Source: an uncultured Pseudomonadales bacterium (GTDB taxonomy: Bacteria; Patescibacteriota; Microgenomatia; UBA1400; CAYXSR01). From it: a stretch of 64,000 nt of DNA. A program made the position numbers and the translations under genes. The DNA is taken from contig CAYSEI010000002.1 in assembly GCA_964430265.1 (NCBI GenBank), positions 141,209-205,208 of the forward strand, read 5' to 3'. The notes beneath the pieces were generated by a model, which made no database searches, was not told the origin of the DNA, and was given only the letters and a program-made list of their open reading frames with translations. The stretch's first letter is position 1; each line of letters starts with the position of its first letter. Shown here one piece after another: positions 57,679 through 64,000 of the stretch.

Positions 57679-59049
57679 ATGTCTCGCACGCTTGCAGCTG
57701 AAACTCCTGAAAAAGTAGGCAAAGAAGTAGTTTTAAAAGGCTGGGTGGATACGAGAAGGGACCATGGAAAAATTGTTTTTATTGATCTTCGTGACAGAAC
57801 CGGCAAAGTTCAGATAGTTACGGATAAAGTACCGCAGGGACTAGGCAACGAGTTTGTAGTACAAGTAAAAGGGATTATCAAAAAAAGACCGGGAAACATG
57901 ATAAATCCGGATCTTAAAAGCGGGACGGTTGAAGTTAAAGCAAGTGAAATTAAAATATTGGCAAAATCCAAAGAACTGCCTTTTCCTATTAATACGGATG
58001 GATACAAGATTGATGAAAAACTGCGTTTAAAATACCGTTATCTTGACTTAAGAAGGCCTCGGTTAACACACAATTTACGTTTGCGTGATAAAGTAATCAG
58101 CTATATTCGTCAGTACTTGCATGAAAAGGATTTTATGGAAATAGAAACCCCTTATTTATCCAAATCCACACCCGAGGGAGCACGGGATTTTATTGTCCCA
58201 TCACGTTTACAGCCGGGTAAAGTTTATGCTCTTCCGCAAAGCCCGCAGCAATATAAACAATTGTTGATGGTGGCCGGGTTTGAAAAATATTTTCAAATTG
58301 TGCGCTGTTTTAGAGATGAGGATCCAAGAGCTGATCGTGCTTATGGTGGATTTGCCCAGCTTGATTTGGAAATGTCTTTTACTACACAGGATGAGATACT
58401 TGATTTAACTGAACAACTGATGATTGAACTGACGGAAAAAGTGGTAGGTAAAAAGGTGTATAAAAAGCCTTTTCCGCGGATTACATATAAAGAGGCAATG
58501 AAAAAATACGGAGCTGATAAATTTGATATGAGAGAAAAAAAAGATCCTAATGTTTTAGCTTTTGCCTGGGTTATTGATTGGCCTTTGTTTGAGAAAACTG
58601 AAAACCGGGAAATCTCTCCGGCACACCATCCTTTTACTGCACCTAAAGACGAAGATATTCATTTGTTAGACAGCAATCCGATGAAAGTGCGTTCTTGGCA
58701 GCATGACTTGGTCTGCAATGGTTTGGAAGTCGGGGGTGGTAGTATCAGGATAACAGACCCTGAAATTCAGACTAAAATATTTGAAATATTAGGACACAGC
58801 AAAAAAGAAATCAAGCAAAAATTTGGCCATCTTTTGCAGGCATTTGAATACGGTGTTCCTCCGCATGGAGGGATTGCACCCGGAATTGAAAGGTTAATGA
58901 TGGTATTTGCTAATGAACAAAATATTCGGGAAACTGTTGCAATGCCTATAACTTCTTCCGGAAACACGGCAGTAATGGATGCACCTTCAAAAATAAAAGA
59001 GGAGCAGTTAAAAGAATTAGGGCTTAAATTAGCTGATGAAGATAACTGA
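57679..59049 (+). CDS. aspS: Aspartyl-tRNA synthetase, short form (456 aa, no GAD insertion domain)
   Basis: N-terminal OB anticodon-binding domain, motif 2 FYQIVRCFRDEDPRADR with bacterial-type QSPQQYKQLLMVAGF, motif 3 GGIAPGIERL. Confidence 0.85.
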   Translation: MSRTLAAETPEKVGKEVVLKGWVDTRRDHGKIVFIDLRDRTGKVQIVTDKVPQGLGNEFVVQVKGIIKKRPGNMINPDLKSGTVEVKASEIKILAKSKELPFPINTDGYKIDEKLRLKYRYLDLRRPRLTHNLRLRDKVISYIRQYLHEKDFMEIETPYLSKSTPEGARDFIVPSRLQPGKVYALPQSPQQYKQLLMVAGFEKYFQIVRCFRDEDPRADRAYGGFAQLDLEMSFTTQDEILDLTEQLMIELTEKVVGKKVYKKPFPRITYKEAMKKYGADKFDMREKKDPNVLAFAWVIDWPLFEKTENREISPAHHPFTAPKDEDIHLLDSNPMKVRSWQHDLVCNGLEVGGGSIRITDPEIQTKIFEILGHSKKEIKQKFGHLLQAFEYGVPPHGGIAPGIERLMMVFANEQNIRETVAMPITSSGNTAVMDAPSKIKEEQLKELGLKLADEDN

Positions 59050-60034
59050 GAAAATATTTGATAAAAAAAAGTTCTTGCAGTTTTGGCAATGGTTGAATAA
59101 ACAAAAAAGGTTAAAAATTAACTTTTTCCTGCTTTTGGGTTTAATCAGTCTTACCCCAACGCAAAACTATTATTCAAAGCTTGAAATCCAGCCCGGCCGA
59201 CCGGTTCTTAGACAAACGGATTTAGAGGTAGAAAAAATTTCTGACTACCCGGTTAATGTAACCAATAAGAATGCCCCCAGAATTTCTGCTTCATCAGTCT
59301 TAATAGTTGATAAGGATTCCAAAGCAATTATCTTTCAAAAAAATCCGGATTTACAACTTTTCCCAGCGTCAATTACCAAAATTATGACAGCACTTGTTGT
59401 TTTGGATAACTACCAACTGGATAAAGAAATTACAGTAGAAGAATCATACAAAGTAGGAATGATAATGGGGCTGGAAAAGGGAGAAATAGTAACAGTTAGA
59501 AGTCTTTTAAAAGGAATGCTGATTGGATCTGCAAATGATGCAGCAATAACTCTTGCCAGACAAGACGCTAATGGAATAATTGGGTTTGTTGAAAAAATGA
59601 ACCAAAAAGCAGAAGAACTTAATTTAGAAAATACCCATTTTACCAATCCGATTGGTTTGGACGAACAAGGCCATAAAACAACAGTACACGATTTAATGGT
59701 TTTAACTGATATTGCCTTGGACAATGAACTTTTTAAACAATTAGTGGGGATAAAAAGAGTGATAATAAAAAGTAATGGAATTGGAGACACAGAAAAGCAA
59801 TATAATCTGGAGAATATTAACCAATTATTAGGAAATATAAAAGGACTTAAAGGAGTTAAAACCGGCTGGACGCAATATGCAGGAGAATGCCTTGTTTCTT
59901 GGACAGAAAGAGATGCTCACGGTATTTTAGTTGTGGTTTTAGGAAGTGCTGACCGGTTTGGAGAAACACAATTATTAACTGAATGGGTATTTGAAAACTT
60001 TGAATGGGAAGCTATTGATACCACTCTTCAGTAA
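59036..60034 (+). CDS. D-alanyl-D-alanine carboxypeptidase (peptidase S11, PBP5/6-like)
   Basis: SxxK (ASITK), SxN (GSAND), KTG (VKTGWT) motifs; N-terminal TM. Confidence 0.8.
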   Translation: MKITEKIFDKKKFLQFWQWLNKQKRLKINFFLLLGLISLTPTQNYYSKLEIQPGRPVLRQTDLEVEKISDYPVNVTNKNAPRISASSVLIVDKDSKAIIFQKNPDLQLFPASITKIMTALVVLDNYQLDKEITVEESYKVGMIMGLEKGEIVTVRSLLKGMLIGSANDAAITLARQDANGIIGFVEKMNQKAEELNLENTHFTNPIGLDEQGHKTTVHDLMVLTDIALDNELFKQLVGIKRVIIKSNGIGDTEKQYNLENINQLLGNIKGLKGVKTGWTQYAGECLVSWTERDAHGILVVVLGSADRFGETQLLTEWVFENFEWEAIDTTLQ

Positions 60035-61061
60035 TTATTGGTAGGTAAGCAAGAAACTCATTATCACCTTCAAAAACTAAAACCGGTTGCATGAATCTTT
60101 GTGGTTCAAAAGAATCATAGTATGCAATATAAACCCTTCTGATTGATACTTGTTTATTCTCACCTTTCCAGCTTGCAATATATCCTTCGCCTTGCTGTAG
60201 TTGTTTCCAGGCTTGATCAGCTGTTTTGATTGGATAAGTAGTTTCTGAATCATAATTAACCGGATAATAATTGTATTCTGCTTCCACAATTTTCATTTTT
60301 GCATTTGCATAATCGGTAAATATGATTGAAAAAATACCGTGTTCTTTAGTAGGTGTTAAAACAGGAAATTCATTAATATCATTACGATACATTTCAACAC
60401 GGACAAAGTCTGCTTCCGAAAGGCTTACAGCAGGAACAATCTCATTAGTCATTGCTTTTTCATAAAAAACTTCAGCTATATCAGTCGGAAGATCATCTGT
60501 ATCTAAGCCTGACTGGGCAAGAAATTTCTTTGCTTCAATTTTTGCTTGTTCTTTTCCCGGAAGGCTGATATTCAAAAAAATATTTTGATCGTTTTGCCAA
60601 TCGTATTTAATAGTAAAAGAACCATCAACAATATTCATTTCCAAGGTGGAAGTAGCATTAGTTCTTTTCCTCCAGCGGTAAACTTCTGAACTTACAGCCT
60701 GAGGCTCACCGGTATATCCCATTTGGGTTGCTTCGGTTTTAGCTCTTTCCAATGCCAGAAGATTAGGCCGTTGATAAGGCATAAAATATACTTTTGCCCG
60801 ATCAGATAATGTAGGCAGTTCTCCTGAAGGAGTTTGTAAAGAATATTTTAAATCAGTGGGATAATTACTCCTTGGGAATTTTAGTCTGTCCAGTTTACCA
60901 AAATCCACTGTTGGAGGCGGTGGTGGAGGCGGGTTTAATTTTTTGTAAATGGAGATAGCAGTGCTGATAGTAATTCTTAAAGTAAAAAAGGCAGCCAGCC
61001 CAATTCCTGCATATTTTAAACCTTTACGGGTATAATGTGCAGTTTCGGTTAAGTTTGTCAT
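60012..61061 (-). CDS. Hypothetical membrane-anchored extracytoplasmic protein with a poly-Pro linker
   Basis: N-terminal TM, then PPPPPPPT, then a ~300-aa domain of unknown family. Confidence 0.4.
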   Translation of the reverse strand: MTNLTETAHYTRKGLKYAGIGLAAFFTLRITISTAISIYKKLNPPPPPPPTVDFGKLDRLKFPRSNYPTDLKYSLQTPSGELPTLSDRAKVYFMPYQRPNLLALERAKTEATQMGYTGEPQAVSSEVYRWRKRTNATSTLEMNIVDGSFTIKYDWQNDQNIFLNISLPGKEQAKIEAKKFLAQSGLDTDDLPTDIAEVFYEKAMTNEIVPAVSLSEADFVRVEMYRNDINEFPVLTPTKEHGIFSIIFTDYANAKMKIVEAEYNYYPVNYDSETTYPIKTADQAWKQLQQGEGYIASWKGENKQVSIRRVYIAYYDSFEPQRFMQPVLVFEGDNEFLAYLPIITEEWYQ

Positions 61062-61105
61062 TATCTTGAGTATAATAGAAGCATCTGCTAAAATTCAAGA
61101 TACAT

Positions 61106-62530
61106 ATGAAAAATATTAGAGTAAGAATCGCACCTTCACCAACAGGTATGCCGCATGTGGGAACGATGTGGCAGGCACTTTTTGTCCGTTCCTTTGCTAA
61201 ACACTTTAAAGGAAAATTTATAGTTCGGATTGAAGATACTGATCAAGACAGAATAGTTAAAGGTGCGGAACAAGCCTTGTATGATGCGCTGGAATGGCTA
61301 GGTCTTGAAGAAGATGAAAGCCCAAGAAAAGGCGGTAAATATGGGCCGTATAAGCAGTCAGAAAGGTTGGAGACATACAGAAAATATGCTGAAAAGCTTT
61401 TAGAAAAAGGCCATGCCTATTACTGCTTTTGTTCAGAAGAGCAATTAAAAAAACTACGCGAAGAACAGAAAAAACAGAATCAAATACCTAAATATGACGG
61501 CCATTGCAGAACTCTTTCTCAACAAGATGTAAAAAAGAAACTACAGAATAATGAAAAATATGTAGTCAGAATGAAGATTCCGGACAGCAAAAAAATTATT
61601 GTTAATGATCTTTTAAGAGGTGAAGTTAAGTTTGATAGTAATATCTTGGACGAGCAAATAATTTTAAAATCAGACGGTTTTCCCACTTACCATTTAGCAG
61701 TTGTAGTTGATGACCATTTAATGAAAATCAGCCATGTTGTTAGGGGAGAAGAATGGCTTTCTTCTGCACCTAAACATGTTCTTTTGTACAAATATTTAGG
61801 CTGGGAAATTCCCACTTTGGTACATACACCAATATTGAGAAATCCAGACAAAACTAAACTTTCAAAAAGACAAGGCCATACAAATGTGATGTGGTTTAAA
61901 AAACAGGGATTTTTGCCTAAAGCGTTGCTTAACTTTTTAGCTCTTTTAGGTTGGTCCCATCCCCAGGGAAAAGAAATTTTCTCTATAGAGGAATTTATCA
62001 AGCACGTGCATTTAAAAGACTTGTCTGTTATTGGACCGGTTTTTAATATGGAAAAACTGGACTGGATGAATGGGAAATACATTCGCAACCTGTCGGAAAA
62101 AGAATTATTTGAATATGTTAAAAAATATTCACGCTTTCCTATAGAAGAAATTGATTATAAATTAATTCTGCCGCTTTTACAGGAAAGAATTAAGAGGCTG
62201 GGTAATGTAGATCAATGGCTCGGATTTATATTTGAAGAAGTGGAATTTGATAAAGAAGAACTTTATAAAAAGGGTGGGAACCAAGAACTAATTAAAGAAC
62301 AGTTTGAAACAATAGCAAACAAACTGAAAGATATTGAAGAGTGGGAAACAGAAGAAATAGGGGAAACGCTTAAACAAATAGTGATTAATCGTGATCAGTG
62401 GAAAACAGGCCAATATTTTATGGCATTAAGAGTGGCAATTACCGGATCTTCAATCTCTTTGCCTCTTTTTGAATCAATTGAATTATTGGGAAAAGAAAAA
62501 ACACTTAAACGCCTCAAAACTGCTTTATAA
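61106..62530 (+). CDS. gltX: Glutamyl-tRNA synthetase
   Basis: HIGH motif (PSPTGMPHVGT), KMSKS motif (KLSKR), 474 aa. Confidence 0.9.
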   Translation: MKNIRVRIAPSPTGMPHVGTMWQALFVRSFAKHFKGKFIVRIEDTDQDRIVKGAEQALYDALEWLGLEEDESPRKGGKYGPYKQSERLETYRKYAEKLLEKGHAYYCFCSEEQLKKLREEQKKQNQIPKYDGHCRTLSQQDVKKKLQNNEKYVVRMKIPDSKKIIVNDLLRGEVKFDSNILDEQIILKSDGFPTYHLAVVVDDHLMKISHVVRGEEWLSSAPKHVLLYKYLGWEIPTLVHTPILRNPDKTKLSKRQGHTNVMWFKKQGFLPKALLNFLALLGWSHPQGKEIFSIEEFIKHVHLKDLSVIGPVFNMEKLDWMNGKYIRNLSEKELFEYVKKYSRFPIEEIDYKLILPLLQERIKRLGNVDQWLGFIFEEVEFDKEELYKKGGNQELIKEQFETIANKLKDIEEWETEEIGETLKQIVINRDQWKTGQYFMALRVAITGSSISLPLFESIELLGKEKTLKRLKTAL

Positions 62531-62537
62531 ATTCCGG

Positions 62538-62560
62538 ATTTCAAATCTGAAATCTGTTTA
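62538..62560 (+). terminator. Weak hairpin GATTTCA-AATC-TGAAATC followed by TGTTT, right after the gltX stop
   Basis: Read directly; 7-bp AT-rich stem. Confidence 0.25.
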
Positions 62561-62614
62561 AAAATGCTGAATATTTGAATTTAGAAAATGGTTTTTATAT
62601 AATGAAGATTAATT

Positions 62615-63655
62615 ATGAAATTTTTTAAGACTCTTCGTTGGATAATTTCCCTTCCTTTATGTCTGTTGTTATTTATAATGATAATTATTGGCTTAAATAG
62701 CGTTTCTATTTCAAGTAATTTAAGCAACCCAGAGACCTTAAAAAAAAGTTTGGATAAAGGCGGAGTTTATAAAGATCTTCCACGAATAGTTACAACCCTT
62801 ATTAAATCTAATCAAAAAGGAAGCGAACTTAGTCAATTACCTTTAGGCGAAAAACAGATGGAATCTTTAATAGGAGGTGTTTTTGAACCAAATTGGGTGA
62901 AGAAAAATGTTGAAAAAGTAATTGATTCAGGATATCTATTTTTAGAAGGAAAAACCAATATTCCTCGTTTTACAATTGATATAACAGACAGAAAGACAAT
63001 TTTGATTACAGAGTTAAACACACAAATTCAAAATACAATTGAAGAGTTGCCAGTATGCAGTCCTATGCAGGAAGCACAAATTATTAACAACAAAGTTAAT
63101 CCGGTTGAAATTGGTTGCTGGCCAAGTTCAATAGATAAATCAAAAGCTAACCAAATGGGTGCACAAATGGGAAAACAAATAGAAGGACAGTTAAATAACA
63201 ATGAGATGTTAAAAGACGGCTCTTTTAAATCAAAAGATTTTATAAAAATTAAGAGAACAGAAGCTGCAAAAATTCAACAGGCATATTTACACTTTAAAAA
63301 AGTACCACTATACATTTTGTCATTAATTTTTGTATTATCCTTGATTATATTTGTAATAGTGCCCAATATGACAAATAAACTTAAAACAATTGGATTTATT
63401 TGGATAATATCTAATTTAATTTTATTGGGTTTGCAGATGTTTATTAGGACTCAGTTATTCAACCTGTTGGCTCAAGAATTCAAAAAACAAGCTGAATTTA
63501 AAAGTCCGGAGAGATTGTTGCAGCTAGTCAATAAACCAATTAACTTAGCTTTACAAAGTATTTCAAACCAGGTTATTATTTACAGTTTAATAATGCTGAT
63601 TTTGGGTATAGTTATGATTATTCTTGGTAGTAAGACAAAATCCTCTCAAAATTAA
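62615..63655 (+). CDS. Hypothetical membrane protein (N-terminal TM, C-terminal 2-3 TM helices)
   Basis: 346 aa ORF; no recognisable family. It is flanked by duplicated gltX 3' ends. Confidence 0.4.
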   Translation: MKFFKTLRWIISLPLCLLLFIMIIIGLNSVSISSNLSNPETLKKSLDKGGVYKDLPRIVTTLIKSNQKGSELSQLPLGEKQMESLIGGVFEPNWVKKNVEKVIDSGYLFLEGKTNIPRFTIDITDRKTILITELNTQIQNTIEELPVCSPMQEAQIINNKVNPVEIGCWPSSIDKSKANQMGAQMGKQIEGQLNNNEMLKDGSFKSKDFIKIKRTEAAKIQQAYLHFKKVPLYILSLIFVLSLIIFVIVPNMTNKLKTIGFIWIISNLILLGLQMFIRTQLFNLLAQEFKKQAEFKSPERLLQLVNKPINLALQSISNQVIIYSLIMLILGIVMIILGSKTKSSQN

Positions 63656-63698
63656 AATATAATTTGTTTTAATTTTAGTTATTTGGACAAAGACATAT

Positions 63699-63760
63699 CT
63701 CTCTTTGAATCAATTGAAGTTTTGGAAAAAAAAACACTTAAACGCCTTCAGAAAAAAGTT
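63699..63760 (+). pseudogene. Diverged duplicate of the last ~60 nt of gltX (translates to SLFESIEVLEKKTLKRLQKKV* versus the gltX tail LFESIELLGKEKTLKRLKTAL*)
   Basis: Direct comparison with 62464-62530: shared blocks TTGAATCAATTGAA and CACTTAAACGCC in the same order. Confidence 0.5.
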
Positions 63761-63825
63761 TAATTTTCCTAGAGTTTAAATTTTTTGACTTCGCGGGAAA
63801 ATTAAGATATTGTTAAACAATAGCT

Positions 63826-64000
63826 ATGAACAAAAAAACCTCAAAAATCTTTATTATATTTCTATTAACTCTTCTGATTTCAGCTTTAGCATATTACTTT
63901 TTTCTAAAGCCGGAAAAAAAATATACCGGTAAAATGGAAAAAGTACGTCTGGCACTTTCCCAGTTGGAAGCAACTTCTTTAATTCGGGTGGCTTTAGACA
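63826..64000 (+). CDS. Hypothetical protein with an N-terminal signal/TM segment; 3' partial at the window end
   Basis: ATG 63826, open frame to the end of the window; MNKKTSKIFIIFLLTLLISALAYYFF. Confidence 0.4.
   Translation, partial: MNKKTSKIFIIFLLTLLISALAYYFFLKPEKKYTGKMEKVRLALSQLEATSLIRVALD

Noticed and set aside
297-62088. Numerous antisense or out-of-frame ORFs in the six-frame track that lie inside well-supported genes (e.g. 297-488 -, 1567-1980 -, 2952-3401 -, 13263-13673 -, 17460-17879 -, 20915-21322 -, 22241-22657 -, 39282-39671 -, 45680-46054 -, 53134-53442 +, 53839-54288 +, 59410-59790 -, 61687-62088 -)
   Set aside because: They are shadow ORFs. Each is fully embedded in a gene with strong motif evidence on the other strand or frame. 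They have low-complexity translations and no RBS or family signal.
1-64000. CRISPR arrays, integrases, transposases and rRNA genes
   Set aside because: I found no regularly spaced direct repeats and no ORFs with recombinase or transposase motifs. I found no rRNA-like GC-rich conserved blocks either.

Overview
This window reads as one contiguous stretch of a small, low-GC bacterial genome with very compact, often overlapping genes. The first ~18.7 kb is a near-complete ribosomal superoperon on the + strand. It runs fusA (5' partial), tuf, then the S10 and spc blocks, secY, adk, cmk, map, infA, rpmJ, the alpha block (rpsM, rpsK, rpsD, rpoA, rplQ), and finally rplM-rpsI appended directly. L30 is absent because S5 and L15 overlap. 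Many proteins carry Lys-rich tails, AspRS lacks the GAD insertion, and the RNase P RNA is reduced. Together these suggest a Candidate Phyla Radiation / Patescibacteria-like or similarly reduced lineage; this is inference from gene content, with no database search possible. After a 340-bp ORF-free gap come housekeeping and accessory genes. These include a PadR/cupin/ABC cluster, recA-recX-rny-hup, two ABC export systems (one GldA/F/G-like with a DUF4340-like gene), a Zn-ribbon plus ATP-cone/PD-(D/E)xK nuclease pair, a thioredoxin relay, a tsaC::tsaE fusion with tsaD, a radical-SAM methylthiotransferase, a minimal Rrf2-IscS-IscU set, a Memo::AMMECR1 fusion lipoprotein, secDF, cca, recJ, aspS, dacA-like and gltX. 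RNA genes I can support by hand are tRNA-Pro(GGG) on the - strand, a tRNA-Ile with the unusual UAU anticodon on the + strand, and an RNase P RNA on the - strand that is hidden under a spurious + strand ORF. The most interesting observations are: the nucleotide-sensor/nuclease pair; the UAU tRNA-Ile; Cys4 insertions in EF-Tu and L24; a diverged duplicate of the gltX 3' end flanking an inserted membrane-protein gene; an orphan promoter-to-terminator unit that may be a small RNA; and several unusual gene fusions. No CRISPR array, integrase, transposase or rRNA was seen.
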